Counted from the first letter of the stretch, positions 49,121 through 63,563 are shown. The stretch: DNA of 64,000 nucleotides from Calcarisporiella thermophila CBS 279.70 (GCF_041956535.1 NW_027192214.1:402974-466973), one strand, 5' to 3'. Notes: generated by a model not told the origin, from the sequence alone. Program-made: numbers and translations.

Positions 49121-49573
49121 ATCTCGTTCTAATTTATCGAAATGAGGAACACGATAGCTTCAGTAGGGTAAGTCCTGAATCGAATAAGAGCGAGTGTCGC
49201 TGTGCAAGATTGGAAAATGAAAAACTGCAGCGATGAGTAGTACACCTCCTATGAAATTGGATGTTTTACCGTGCAGAGCTGAAAAAACAGTTTATCGCGT
49301 TCGTACCTAATTGCTGCGACACAAGGCAAATATCCATGGTTGGATACTTGCGAATCCCCGTCTCCACTCATCCCAATTAGAACCGACGGAAGTCTCTTAT
49401 TATATTTGAGGATGACCAATTAGGGACATATAAACAATTTATTTGAGAATTGCGATATGAATATTATTTCAGAGGTGATTAATTATAAAAAACGCATCGA
49501 ATTGCCCTACGAACACTGATTTTACTTAAAGCAATAAAGCATGAATATGTTTATCCATTTCTTATAGCTTTCG

Positions 49574-50287
49574 TCAAAAAATAATGGCAAGTAGAGGAAG
49601 AGCAGCCAAGATGTAGGCGGGACAGAGCTGTGATGCGCCGCTCTTAGCAGTCTGAGATGTCGATGCGTGCGTCGTGGCTCCACTTGCTGCCCCAGTGGAC
49701 GTTCCAGCCGGGGTCGATGGAGCTGGCTGCACGGGGCTCGCTGAGGTAGACGGGCCGGGCGCGCTGGAGGGGGGCGCAGCAGGTGCGCTAGAGGGAGGTG
49801 CAGCGGGCCCGGAGGGAGATGCAGGGGGCGCGGGGCCGCCGGCACCGGCGCCTTTGATTGTGAACTGTGTGCTATAGGCAACCTCGGGAGGATTTCCAAG
49901 CACAACCGCATAGCTATTTCCCTCTGGAAGATTGGGGGGGACAGTCCAAGTATACGACCCAGAAGCGCCATCAACATTTTCAGCAATAATGGCAACCTGC
50001 TGCAGGGCTCTTGGGTCACCGCCCATCAGCTTGATTGTCGTGGGTCCGGGCGCGCCATTAGTCCTAGAAAGTGAAAAGGAGGAATCCATGAGCATCAGGG
50101 GAACCATGAGAAAAGAGCGCGCCATGCAATAGAACTGGAGAGGAGCAGAAAAGGAGATGCCAGCCTACCAAACAATGAGCCCTTGGCCTCCAGCCTGCCA
50201 TTGTGTTCCAGTGATGGGTTGCGTGATAAATGGAACGGCAAAGGCGATTCCGAGCAGGGCGAACAATACCAGAAACTTGGAGAGCAT
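49574..50287 (-). CDS. Secreted Ser/Thr/Pro-rich, probably GPI-anchored protein with Kre9/KNH-like Ig domain, 2 exons
   Basis: Signal peptide MLSKFLVLFALLGIAFA, ITQP..GTQWQAG..IVW..GSYTWTVP..Y..YSTQFTI, S/P/A-rich stalk, hydrophobic C-terminus. Confidence 0.85.
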
Positions 50288-50931
50288 AATGGGTGCAAAA
50301 ATAAGAAATAGGCACTATGAAGGAAAGAAAGACGACACAGAACAATAAAGATAATAATATAATTAGATAATGACCGCAGGAAGAGTAAAGAGTGGGATGG
50401 AATTCGGATGGGGGATGACGAGGGTGAAGGTTTATAAGAGGAGAGAAAAAGGAAAAAGAGGGTGCATTTGAAAATTTTCTCTGGCATTTTTTCGATGGAC
50501 TTTTCCGGCAGGGGCATTCCTAACTTGGTCATATGGATTGTGCTCCGCTCTTTGCCGCCGCCCAAGATTGGGCCGCGCCGAATTGGACCACAAGAGAATG
50601 AAGCCTGTTTACGGTTTCCGCCTTTTATTAGCTGTGCGCATAAGCCCATGAAATATGTGATGATTTCACCAAGCTCCCGCTCTTTCCAATCATTTTTACT
50701 AAAATTAGTAAAGTTGGGAATATCGCAAGTATTTTCAAGGAAATATTATAGGTGTGGACGACAGCGCCCTCGCTTTCATATTGGGAAAGGAAAAAGAATT
50801 GTTTATTCAAGTGTGTGGGAGGAAGCCGAAGGAATTCATCTGGCCCTTGCCCATATGGCCTCTGTTAAATATCAGAATAATGGCAAAAAAAAACACAATA
50901 TATCCAAGCTCCCCGCAGAGCTACCTCCAGT

Positions 50932-53900
50932 CTACAATTCATCCTTGGGTCGCGTGGCCCGCTCGTCCGGTTTCTCTCCCACCGTTTCTCCTTGTTTCAT
51001 CGCCCCATCCTCTCCAGCGCTCTCGCCGTTCTCTTGAGGAGCTTGGGACTGCTGTTGCGCTTGAAGTGCCACCCTCGAGACCTCCCTATCATACTCATCC
51101 CACTCGGGTATTAACCGCTTGGCTCGATCAAGCTTCGGCTCTTTGGTCATGGGATTGTTACACTATATTAGAAATAGAAGCAATTAGCCTCTCACGAAAA
51201 AAGCTCCATAAACACCCAAATACCAGGTCAATTGTCTTTGCTGTCTTCAAAGACTCGTCACTGCACCAAGTCTCGCACCATAACCAATCTTGTGGAAGCG
51301 AGAAGATCGGAACTTGGTGTTGCCTAAAGTATAAAAGAATAAAGAGTAAATCTATGTGTATATAAATTTTCGAAGCGCGCCTACATGTTATTTGGTAGAT
51401 CTTGGTCCAGATTCGAGAGTGAATGAGGATCTGCGCTCAGCATTTGGTACTGCCCTCGCAAGCGGTCGCCTGCAGCCAATTGGCGGAAGCGATTCAAATC
51501 CACGACATAGAGTGCGCTGCATGGAGACAGAGTAAATGAAGCAACCGAAAGAAATATATCCTGCTGCTCTTATACCTTACCTAATATGATATGGTTTCCC
51601 GGACAAGTGCTCCTTCCAGTATCCATGTTTCCAGAATCGGAAGCCTTCAATTTCCTTCCGATTGTCGCAAAAGGGTGTATAACCGTAGGGTGCACCCTTG
51701 AGATCCAGATCGACGAGTTCCTTGAGATCGGTACGGACAATCTAATATCGATACACACATATAACCCTTAAGCACTCCCCAAAAACAGTACAAAGTCGTC
51801 ATCATACCTGATCGGCGTCGACGAATATAACTTTCTCCAAATCCAAGGGGAATAGCACATCTAAGAACAAAATCTTATAGCCCCAGATGGTGCGCTGTTT
51901 CTCACGTTGCGCCCGCAACCAGGACGGCCATTTATAGGTGACCATCTCGTACTCGAAGCCATAGTGTTGAGCCATATGCGGGATAAAGTTTTTAAATGAG
52001 GGCGAGAGGAAGTTCTCAATGAACCAAAACTTGACTGTGCTCTTTGTGTGGCGCATCACACTCACGATCATGATGGAGAGGAAGCGTTCGTAAAGGTGGC
52101 CGGAGGCAACGGAGAAAATATTGATTTCCGTTTGATTCTTTGAGCCCGGAGCCTTTTGCTTTCCGCCGAAAATACTACAATGGCCGCCAAAATACATTGA
52201 GAAATCGCCAAACAGAAATAAGAATGCCAGATACTCTACCTCGATTTGATGGAATTCCACAATCCCGTATTGCCCTCCTCTTGGCCTTCCACTAGCAGTG
52301 GGTCGTGTTCGTGCCCAGGCCGTCTCCTCACACGGGGGTATATCGTTATTCCATCAAAGGACGTCAAGACAATCGAGTTCCCAATCTCGTCGACCCCCCG
52401 GCTCCTCCACCCCTCGCTCCCTGCACTCTCCAGCTCATACAGCTCTCTCGATCTCCCCTCCCGGAGTTCCAAATCCCAAACTCCTGGATTTGCCTTCAAT
52501 TGCATATATCCCAGATTGGCCATCACGATCGTATCGACCGTCCCCCCCAGCACGAATTGAAGGCCACGGGGCGGCATGTGCTTCGTCATGTCGCGACAGT
52601 GCCCCTCGACTAGAATATGCTTCAGTTCAAATGTCGCCTCAACCCCACGGCGACGGGATCTCCCATCGAGGGCATCCAGTTTAATATTGTCCAAGTCGTG
52701 GATGGAGGAGACGGGCATGACAAGCCACGCTCCCGGCACATCCATCCCCAGCGTGAAGAGCGGCTCCTCAGGAAGATTGGCAAAGTAGGCAGAGGGGGCT
52801 ATCGTATCGCCATTCTCGTCGAATTTAAGTTCCGAATCGAAAACATAGCGGAAAAAGCGAGTCAGAGGAAGCTCGGTGAGTGCCGGATTTGGGTTCAAGA
52901 ACACTTGGATATGCACTCCTTCGATCCGCGAAAGAGTCATGAGAAGCGTAGCCCATTTCTGGGCCGTTTCACTTAGGGGATCAATGAGGACTGCGACCTG
53001 GAACCATGCGTTATCGAGATCGCCTACGGAAAAAGCACTGTAAAATGCATTCAAAAATGAGCACATCTTTTCTCGAATCAAGGAATCCGAATAAAAATTA
53101 TATTACCTGTGAGCATCTCTGGCTACGGTGTAGGGGCGCTTTCTCCCCTCTTTCGCCTCCTCAAATAGTCCCACCGGGCGATCTTCAATCCCTGCTGCCA
53201 TCACAATTGAACTTATTTCGGCAATGAAGTCGGCGACAGAATACTCTGTAGCATCCATTTTTTTGATATCCAGGCTTTGAAGTGCATTTAGGATAGGCTC
53301 AATGCGCTTCTTGCGCTCAATCATATCTAGCAGACGGAAGTCATCCACGTGAAATGCTTCATTTAGGGGAATTGGCCCCACGATACGGCCATTAATGACA
53401 ATAGCTGAGGAATCAGATTTGGGATCGAGAATCGCATCTAGCAATTCTTGGTGGCCATCAACAGAGCTACCATCGGGGGTGGAAGGCTGGTGAAGTTGTT
53501 CTGACTGCATTACGAGTGCATCAGCATCATATTCAATTGCTTTTTCCAAAAGCTCCTTTGCTTCTTGTATGGTCGCCGCATCGCGTATTTTGGAGGCGAA
53601 TTTCTTCTTCTTTCCTTGGTGAGGTCGAGGGCGGTGCAACAGCGCTAATCGTAAGCCTTCTTGCGATTCTACAAATTGGATGGCCTCAAGTGCGAGTCTC
53701 TGTCCCTGTCGTGTTTCCAGATCCGTCACGACCCAGTACGTGGTATTGATCTTGTCTCCATCAGCGTTCACATTCGCCAAATATTTCACCCTGCGCATAG
53801 CATCCCTTAGTTGCGGTCGTAAGGCCAAGTCCAGCACAGCTAGCGGCTTGAATTCCCCTGCAAATATGTGTCTGTTTCTTCGGGGAAGGACGTGCGGCAT

Positions 53901-56147
53901 CGTTAAAAAGTACTCATAAACATCGGCGTCCTCCTTTACTTTCCCAATGTATATATTTTGCATCAAATTCTGCCTTTGTTCACCAATCATCTGCACCATC
54001 TGCTGTTGGTAGGCTTCATCCAACTCTAGAGGACGCCCGTTGACGAAGATAACTCCACGACCTCCGTGAAGGATACCAAGACGCTCCATATAAGCCCGGG
54101 CACGTTTAACACTGTCAGCATAAGCCTTATGCGAATAAACTTCCTCGAGAGTCAGGGACTTGCTAGTTTCTTTAGGCGTTTGATTCTTTGTAGCCGCCTC
54201 GAAAGCTTTTGGTAGCGCCACCTCCAACACGGTCGATGGGCTCTCTTTTTTAATTCGATGAAATTCGGACAAAAATTGCATCGCCACAGTGCGACCGTAG
54301 CTCTCAAGTAGATGGGTAAACACTTTCGCCATTTGAGTCGAGGACCCAGCATCGCTGTTGTCAACAATAGGGACCATTCCAAATCGTATGGGAATCCCTC
54401 GTTTGATCATCGTTTGGACATCGTCGACAATGGGCTCAAGATCTTCTGGTCGAGTCAAATCAACGACAAACAGAACGGAAAAGAGATTGCGGGCGATCAT
54501 ACTAAGTTGGCCCGGATACATTGGCCTAAATAGCTATAATAAGGAAGATAGAAACAGAGTCAACATAAAGACCGCCACATATGCGTTGGAGTTCACATAC
54601 TTCCATCAATGACGAGGGCCAATTTTTGTACCGTGCGTCCCGCTCCAAATCATTCCACCAAGTAATAACTCCTCCGCCCTCTGCTATATCTCTCACATCA
54701 AAAGCCTCTTCGTTGTCCGTTTCGCCCTGTCCATTCTGTGAATCAACAGCCGCTAACAAGTCGATTGCCCTCTTCGGCTCTACCCCTAGTGCTTTTAGAG
54801 CGGCCAAAGTTTTTCGCTCTTTCCTCATCACCTCCATTATTCCAAAAGGATCAATTCGCCCGGCTTCAAGCTTCACTCCATTCACCCAAAAGATATTTGC
54901 TCCAGCATAAAAGGCTCGGTGTTGATTCCACCCAATCTCCTCTCGTGTAGAACCATTCAAAGGTTGCTGAGCAAGCTTGTGTTGGTATTTGGGGAAATCC
55001 TGCGCGAGTTGAAGGAATGCCGAGAGGGGGTTGGGGGAGGAAACTATAAACGAAGTGGATTTTATTCCAAGATCCCGAATTTGCGCTGGAAGGAGTGGCT
55101 CGATGGTGGGACGACCAGTATCTTCAAAGAGGATATCCTGGGAGAGGGTGTCGTGGGCATGATCGGATGACTCCGAATGATCATCTTATTATAAAAGCAG
55201 CCTCAATATTTCAAGTTATGGAATCCTGTATACCGCTCTTATAATTTACCTGAATCCACCTTTCTGTCGTCGATCACCAGATAATCTGTTTTCTTAAGCG
55301 TTAACTCGACCCCATAGCCTTGTAGATAAAGCGTACCACTCGAGCGAGCGGGTTTGTAACGAAGGACGTAAGAAATCCCATTTTCTTTCACAAGTTTCAA
55401 AAGCCTTGTATGATACTCATGGAACTCCGGGGCTCGAATATCCGCGTATAAAATGACAACTTGACCGGACGCCTTGATTGTAGAAGGTTTTAGGATATGG
55501 TCGAATGGGAAGAGACGAGGAGAATGTCCCTCTCTAAGGCAAAATCGAGAAATGAAAAGTTACAGATAGGGACGACAAAGAACGAGTATTCAAATGTATA
55601 ACACATACTCTAAATTTTCGAGAATCATATTCTCTATTTTTTCGACTTCGCAAACTGCCTTTCCTCCTATTTCTGCCCAAACTCCGCAATCAACCTCGCG
55701 CTTAGTTGCATTGTAGTGATGGTACTGTGCTTGGATAAGAGGCGCGGACGTACGTAAAGACACAGAAAGTTTCAAGAGATCTAATGCTGTCGCATCAGTA
55801 ATGAACTGATATTCCTGAACCTTTTCAAGCACTGCTTGATATGTATTTTTCGGGGTGTTGCATTTTGCAAGCGTTGCTGGTTCTGTGAGAATGGACAAAA
55901 GCGGGAAAAAAGCTGTTGAATTCTCGGATGTTACGGATTCACTATCCAACAAGAGTTGCGTATACATCTCTATTAGACTAAGGATATTATTGAATAAATT
56001 GCCATGTAATTACATCAGCTCAAGGAGTAGATCGGAGCTCTTCCAAGATGCCTGAAGCCACGTTTGCACAGGAGGACTGGAGCCTCCTGAAGCAAAGAGG
56101 AAATGTTGGAAAATGAGGAGCAGCTGTAGGACCAGAAGACGTCTCAT
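50932..56147 (-). CDS. UGGT: UDP-glucose:glycoprotein glucosyltransferase (GT24), multi-exon
   Basis: Signal peptide, [72 protein letters not shown]-terminal KDEL. Confidence 0.97.
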
Positions 56148-56530
56148 CTTTCCTCCTAATGATCCTACTTCACATAATTCCTACACAGCGACGCGTAGTT
56201 ATATGTCGGATCAAAATGAATAGCTGCGCCTCGAAACTTTAAAATGATTACGAGAGAAGTAAAGACAAGAAGACATGCCAAAAGAAAATTAATATCACTG
56301 ATTTTTAAATTCCATGCTCTCTGCTAGTTCCTCTTTATTCTTCTTTTATTATATTCTATAACCATTCCCTCCTGGCATCCTATTAAAATGGTATAGGCCT
56401 TTAAAAGGATAGAATTATACTGAAAAATTCTTGTGACTATCAGTGTGACTGCTATTCTCCAACGCGGAAGATATTACCTATCCTCGCTTTTATTTTATGA
56501 GAGTCAGAAGGGTTCATTCGTTCCAATAAA

Positions 56531-59500
56531 ATGCCTTCCATTGTCACCCATTCTTCCACAATTTCTTCGTCTCAAGATACTGATATAGAATCTCTGCTTC
56601 GAAGTGATTATACACAACTCACTGATGTTGATGATATTCAAGAATGCTTGCGCCTACTTGATGAAGAAGAAACTCAAATTGATGCCGACCTAGATGAACT
56701 ACTAAACTCGAGACTGGTATTAGAGGAAGAATTAGATCGCCTCGATGTTTTGAGGTATGTGCATATTTCATCATTTTTTGTTATTTTAATTCTGTTAGCA
56801 GAAAATTCAAAATTCCAATTGAATACCAAACTAGACCATCCATCGGGACGATGCGAGACAATGCCAGCAAGCTGCTGGGTCCCATTGGAGATACCTCAAA
56901 ATTAGCAGAGAAGATAAGCGAGAAAGTTAGAGTATTGGATCTTGAGCAGGTAAGGCGAGTCCTGTGGGAGTTAAATAGGCGAGATTGATGAGAATCTTCT
57001 TATTAGTCCCGAGTTAAAGAGTGTATAAAACTCGTAGATGACGTGCGTGAGCTGAAGGTAGGCATTCTGAATTCATTTAGCTCATATCAGTGAGAAAATG
57101 TCCACTTTCTTTCTATGGAGTAGACATGCATTTCTGGCTTACAACAGGCAATGGCCGAAAAAGACTACGAAACTGCAAGTATGTGTGTGCAGAGGGCCCG
57201 ACAAATTGATCCCATTGTGACGGAGGGAAGCTTTGCAGAAATCACGGTCGTAAGTTTCTATACCCTCACCCTAATATACAGGAGCATTCGATACATACTA
57301 ACTTTTTTAATTTAGCCAAGTTCCATGAACCCCGAGCCTCCCGCCAAAATCCTCCAGGATGCCAGCACGACCCTCTTTGAGCTCTATTCTCATGAGTTTG
57401 ATGTTGCTGTACATGCACGAAATGAGGCCTCCTTGACCCGCTTCTTCAAACTTTTCCCTCTCATTGGCCAGCATACTGCCGGCCTGGATAAATATTCCAC
57501 CTTCGTTTGTGGCATCATTGCAAAGAAATGCCAAGAACAACTTGGGGGTAGCCAAAGAGGACCCATGTTTTATAGTGAAGTACTAACTAGCCTTTTCGAG
57601 AGCGTTGCTTTACTTATTGATCACCATCATCCGATCGTTGAAAAACACTATGGAGCTGGGAGGATGCTGCGTGTCATGCAGCGGATAGAAGAAGAGGTTG
57701 ATGTACAGAGCCGGCTGGTATTGGATAGTTTTGTGGACGAGAGGCAGCTGCAAAGAAAGGTAACTACTGGAGCATTTGGATGGCTTGCTATCTATTCTCC
57801 TGCAAAAGTTAATTATATACACCTGATTTTACTTCTATTTAGATTAATGAGATTAACAATGAAAATTCACTCCAAAGACGAATTGGCTCTGTAAGACGCC
57901 CCGCCCCCGTGGAATCTCAAATGGATCCACGTGAATTGGAGGTGAACTTGAATGAACTGACGATGGTTAGCCAAAAAACCCACCTCTTCTACCGATTCAT
58001 GAACTCGCGCACAAAAGTACGGTTTGAAAAAATACGGAGCGCATCGTGAGTTAAGCAGCTCACTCTTCCTTTTATTTTGTAGGAGGAGATGAAATTATTG
58101 CAGGAGAATGGCTATGCAAATGAATTTTGGGCGGACCGCAAATCGGATCTGTATAATGACTGGGGGCTTTTGAAAGTGAGTGGGCTATCGCGCAAGGTCC
58201 AGGAGCTCATGAACGATTACTTGATCATTGAAGAGTTCTACATGAGAAAAATGATTGAAAAAGTAAGTCGTGGGTGCTCGCTGATCGCCTCTGTTATTTT
58301 TCACCTAGTTTTTTTTTTTTTTCTAGGCCGTCAAAATGGATCCTATGGATGAATTCGATTCTGATACCCACACCTCAACCTCTGTAGATGATATCTTTTA
58401 TCTCGTACGCAAATCACTCCATCGTGTCCTTCGCACTTCTGACGCTCAACTCTTGGGCGCCATGGTGAATCTTGTCAATCGAACCCTTGAAGTGGATTAT
58501 GTTGGCGTGTTTCAAAAGCGAATGATGAGCATATTTGTTACCGGGGGGGAGGGAGGCGACCCAAGAGTGCATTATATGATTATTTTGAACAATCTAGGGG
58601 TAAGCGTGGACTATGTTGGACGACTAATAGAGGAGATTGGGGAATATGTGCAAGCAAGTGGTATGCTGAGGGAAGAGAAGATGGAAGAAAAAGAGATGGA
58701 GACGGGACAAGGCTTAAATGCTAGCTCCGCGAAATTCAAACAGATCCTCCAGGTAAGACGAGCTTCTCCTGCCGTAATAGTAACAAGCACCCATTCACCG
58801 CCCAATTCTGTCATTTAGTCTGGCATTGAGCAACTCTTCGGCCAAACCATCAAGCCTCGCCTGCGGCCACTCTTTCAAGAGGCCTATCGTGAGGTCAAGT
58901 ACGTACTCGAAGAAGATGAATTCCACGAAGCGGATTTGAGCGATGTATTCGTGCACCGTTTCCGGGCCGGTTTCTCTTCGTTAATAGCAGTGTACAAGGT
59001 AAAAATAGAACCCCTAAGAGTTGCTGGCTAATCCATCATTCCGGCACCTCTATCGTTAACTCATATTCATCTCGAATTTTCCGTTTTCTATCTTGTCTAG
59101 GAGACCCTTACCCCTCAAAATTTCATGAAGCTCATGCAACACGTTTTGGATGCCCTTACCAAGCACTGGGAAAAAATCATTTTTCAGTCTCGGTTCAACC
59201 CGCTCGGGGCAATACGGCTTGATAAGGACATACGAGCCATTACTCAATTCCTTAGCCAGATGACAGAGTGGCCGTCGCGGGATAGGTTTACAAGATTAAC
59301 ACAAATATCCGTGCTTCTTAATTTAGAGACCCTTGAGGAAATCTACGATTATTGGGGACAGGGGGGCAAAGGTAGCTGGAGGCTAACGGTCGGAGAGGTG
59401 AAGAAGGTTTTAGCCCTTAGGTAAAGCGTCTGTAAAGAGGCTCCATTGATTGAACTCCGCTCACTTTCTCTTTTTTCCTCTCTATTTTAGGAACGACTTT

Positions 59501-59533
59501 TATCAGGAAGCTATTAATAAGTTAAAGTTGTAA
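56531..59533 (+). CDS. COG4: Conserved oligomeric Golgi complex subunit 4, multi-exon
   Basis: LAEKISEKVRVLDLEQSRV, LTRFFKLFPLIG, TSVDDIFY, IKPRLRP, FNPLGAIRLDKDIR, RDRFTRLTQI, WRLTVGEVKKVLALRNDF. Confidence 0.95.
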
Positions 59534-59559
59534 TATATTTAACTGAAGATATCCATCAA

Positions 59560-62290
59560 CCATGAACCAATACATTCAAGTTGAAAACAAATTATCAAGG
59601 ATTTTTAAGAGCTATTGTATGAAAAATTGGTTATACCTGGGGCATATCATCTACATATAATTCGGGAGCAAGGAGTTTTGACACCATTCTATGCTCACAG
59701 CGGAATACACCTCATATGGACCTCGAAGGTAGAGAGGGTCCGATAGTAATATTGATTCAAGTATCGATTTTTTGATGATTTTTCATAGCTTAAATTGAAT
59801 ACCAGTTTAGTGAATGAGCATAAAAAATTCCCAAACACACCAGAACAGATACATTTTGAGTACACAGGAAATCTACATGTTTTTGTGTCAAATGTTAAAT
59901 GAATTAATTTTCAGCGAGAAAAATAATCAATCAGTATTCAATTTTAAAAGCCTACTACAGCGTGAACCTGCTCATGCTGGGACACTTTACAATCATAAAA
60001 TGCTTGTTCCACTCAAAATAACCTGATTTTTGCACTTATATTGCTACTCCTGATCAACACTGGTAATTTTATTGAAAGTTAGACTTTTCGATGATTCCTT
60101 GGGTCATCAGTTCTTCTCAATCTCTTCACGTTCTCGCGGGGATGCTCGATAAGGTGATAGCGAGATCGGTTTGGCTTTCCCAGAGTTTATTTCCATGAAT
60201 TAAAGATTGGTGTTGCAAAGACGACCATTTAGCGAGAATGCCTTATGATGTTTCCAGAACATCTCCTTAACTGCTTCCAGCTGTTCTGTGGTCAACTCGG
60301 GGTTCAAATAAGCTGCAAACAAGGCTTCGATGAAATGTCTATGACGTTCCTCTTCCGTGATCACAGTATTTTCCGTCTTTTGAAGGGGGGTTACAACGTA
60401 TGCAGGGGACGAAAGTGGGTGGGCTAGAGCAACGAACTCTCCAGGCATAAGAGCGATTGGTTCATTGCTAGCGCTAGCAACCCAAATATGTACATGGTAA
60501 ACTCCGGCCTTTACTATGGTTCTCGCGGTCTGCACAGCGATCCTTCCTCCCATCAGATACACCGGTTCCAGGAGTGTATTAAAAACTGATCGTCGGCAAT
60601 TTAATCGTACCGAAATCAGAGACTGATGTCACGGGTGAATGACTTGGCAATGAAACACTAATGCCTAAAATACACTCGGGGTATATTGCTTCTCCTCGCA
60701 TCAAAGGTGGAATATTATTCCGAGATTTGACAGGAAGGATATCAGCGGCTTATACAGAATCTTTGCAGCGTAGAAAGCCGTTGTATCCGTGCCGATAATA
60801 AAACCGGAGGAATGTTTTTCACTACAAGGAAACTCGGGATGAATTGTAGTTTATCTTCATTCATTGCGTTCAAGACAACTGAAAGATTTCCTAAGCCTAT
60901 AGGAGTTTCGACGGAGCTGAATCCTTACAGTTCCTGCACTTGACTAGAAGTTAACTTCGCGTTAGGAACCAGCGTTTGGAGGAGCTCTGAATATCTGAAT
61001 CCGATCTAAAGGCTGTCACTGAAAATGACCCTTTAACCCTGAAAAGGTCATATGCCGTCCCACGGTTCGGAATGGTGTGCCGAAATTATCTCCTGGCGTA
61101 ATATCGGCCTGAAGTGCATCTAAAATATTTTCTGTGGTTTGATTCTGTAGTGGTTGTACTGAGTATTCTTTGGTATCCTATGTTCCTTGTTGGCGATAAG
61201 CGGGGCATTCTTGCGATTGATTGCCTGCACTTGGCCTGGTGCGGAATGAGAATTGAGGGAACTTTTGTCTTTTCTGCTGCTTTGGCTCGAAAAATTTTAA
61301 TCTTGGTGATTTCTCTTATCGTGATGGTTCTAGGTTTCGGGACATTGTCTATTTCAATGGTCCCCTTTACAGTTCGGACTGCGTGAGAGTGCCGATCGAC
61401 CATTTTTACCGTCAATAGTTTCCTCTTGAGGTTTGTTGTTTTGCCAGAGATTTGGCTGCTCATTCTCAAAAAACCGTCCCTATTGTACTTTCCGGGGTTA
61501 AGTTCGTCATCTGACATTTTGAGAATTTTGAACAAATCGAAAGGCTCTGGATCGTGGACGGGCATCAAATGGATTCCAACACGCCTGGCAAGTCTTTGGT
61601 TAATGCCAGATAATATCTAGCCTATTTGCGTGCGGTTATCGGCGTTCTGACCGTGACATCGGGAGATTGGTTCACGCTTGTGGTAATAGAAGTCCTCAAT
61701 GTCCTCATCAGATCAGAAGGTTATTTGGAAAGCTCTTTTTGAGCAGAACATTCAGGGAGAGCGCTCTGAATTCGTGCTTTGAACAGGCTTTGTATCTCTT
61801 CTCATGATTGACAATGAGGAAGCTGCATATATTCATATGCATCGATCAGCACGAACTTCGAGGAGACTCAGTAGGATGTATTTCACGTAGTTGAAATCAA
61901 GATTGTGTGTTTGGGTGATCCTGGCTATCCTGCGCAAACACACTACCTTCGGGTGGAAAGAATTTGGGGAAGTCCTGGAGATTCAGGACGAGTCGTTCCG
62001 CTCAAACCGGTGGGAAGTCGTGATTCGTGGGCGACGGAGAAGATTGAATAGGAGGCGGGTGTAAAGATTCCATGCCCGTATTGGGATACAGCCAGCCTCA
62101 GAATAAGAGCCCACAAGTCGAGGAGATCGCGTTCGATTGTCGACATTCGCGAGATTACCTCCTGATTTGATAGCTCGGCAGAAGGTGGAGTCTGCATTGA
62201 ACTCGCCAACGCGTACACGTTAGAATGGGAATCTCTCATTTCTGGCCTCTGCTGGCAATTTGAGCGCGTTTCATACGGATGATTCATTGT
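59560..62290 (-). mobile_element. Degenerate, internally deleted Ty3/gypsy LTR retrotransposon (gag, protease, start of RT, integrase C-terminus)
   Basis: Gag-like MNHPYETRS and DIEDFYYHK..ILSGI; protease-like FIIGTD; pre-RT LTTEQLEAVKEMFWKHHKAFS..INSGKAKPISLSPYRASPREREEI; GPYEV..PIFH..LK (GPY/F motif); many stops and frameshifts; boundaries approximate. Confidence 0.75.
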
Positions 62291-62299
62291 AAGCTACGG

Positions 62300-62820
62300 T
62301 AATAAAAGCCTACACAACTGGTATGCTCGCCAGTTTGTTGAAGCGATCAGAAATGCGTTCTAATCATCGCACCATCAGCAGCTACTAAGAGAAAAACTAC
62401 GATGCCTCTAACTATTTGTAATTGTCCAAGAGTATGTCTGCCAGTTCCGAAATCGCTTGGGGCAAAATGGAGGAGCAAGATAGGATAGAAGACTATTTTA
62501 CTGAAGGTTCTCAAGCCTAACACGAGGGCAGAAGTAGGGCACTGTTCACCACGTGCCATGTAAGCCGCCAGCAAAACAGTTATTCACTTTAGTACTGCGT
62601 TATTAGGGAGACGTTTTGAGATATATTGACCAATGCCTTCACACGAGCCGTCAGACCCAATGGACCTTTCAGCCGTAAAAGTTATCTTACGAGCCAGGAC
62701 CATGGCATTCGCCGATTCAGTAAACTACGATGAAGGGAGGGAGCATTGCCATAAATTGAATCTTTGTTTTAAATGCCGTCAGGACATCTGGCCATGAACC
62801 GTCAGGAAAACGTTTAAGAG
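62300..62820 (+). mobile_element. Decayed gag fragment of a second Ty3/gypsy element, opposite orientation
   Basis: FVEAIRNAF*SSHHQQLLREKLRCL..VQEYVCQFRN..DYFTEG..PNTRAEV, PMDLSAV and LCFKCRQ(G)HLA zinc knuckle, with frameshifts. Confidence 0.75.
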
Positions 62821-63563
62821 ATAGAGTATATTAAGGAGAGAAGAGTGTTGGAATCGCAATGAGAAGAAAACCACAGTAGAGCAGCCAAATTAAGCCAACT
62901 TAGTTGCATGGCCCTTCGATCCTTGTTGAAATCCAGGGTATCTTCTGAGTAGCCCTTGTAACAAATTCCTTTTCGTATCTATTCTGTTTTGGAATATCCA
63001 AAGATTTTCCTTGCCAAATAACTTAATAATATCTCAGCATTCTTCTGAATGTGCTACTCGGATTCCAACTCAGTAAAGATTTTTAGATGGTTTTCCTTAC
63101 CTTGAACTGGTTACTAGTTTAGATGGGAGTTTCCACAAAAAATCAGACAGAATCAGAAATATAGAAATAAGAATTATGGGATTTGATTGGACCAATCTAT
63201 TTAGATATAAATCTCCAGAATTATAGCAAAATCTTTGAGGGCTAATAACTCTGCGAATATCCATCCTAGAGCTCTCATTTTTAGTGCAATCGATACACAA
63301 TCACTTGTAGTAGCTTTCTAAAAACCACCATCAAAATTCTCCCTTCCTCTAGTAGGTTTTTCTTTATTAACTAACCTAACCTAATACCTCCCCCAATACT
63401 TACCTTAATATTTACCTCGATATTTACTTTATTAACTATGTTAATATATAACCTAATACTTACCATCATACGCTCCTTAGGCCATATTCAAAACCCTATA
63501 ATACAGTTGGTTAGTGCTAGCGGCATTTTTATCCACTCTTAAACCCCCTTAACGCTTTATTAA

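Noticed and set aside
49574-56147. Kre9-like GPI protein next to UGGT (Kre5 homolog) as a beta-1,6-glucan cluster
   Set aside because: The Kre9/KNH-like domain is very common in fungal surface proteins; adjacency alone is not evidence.
62900-63320. Possible kinase/Sel1 pseudogene fragment on the minus strand
   Set aside because: Resemblance too weak; many stops and no catalytic motifs.
63368-63460. CTAAC/CTAAT repeats as telomeric sequence or telomerase template
   Set aside because: Under three perfect units embedded in degenerate AT-rich low-complexity sequence.
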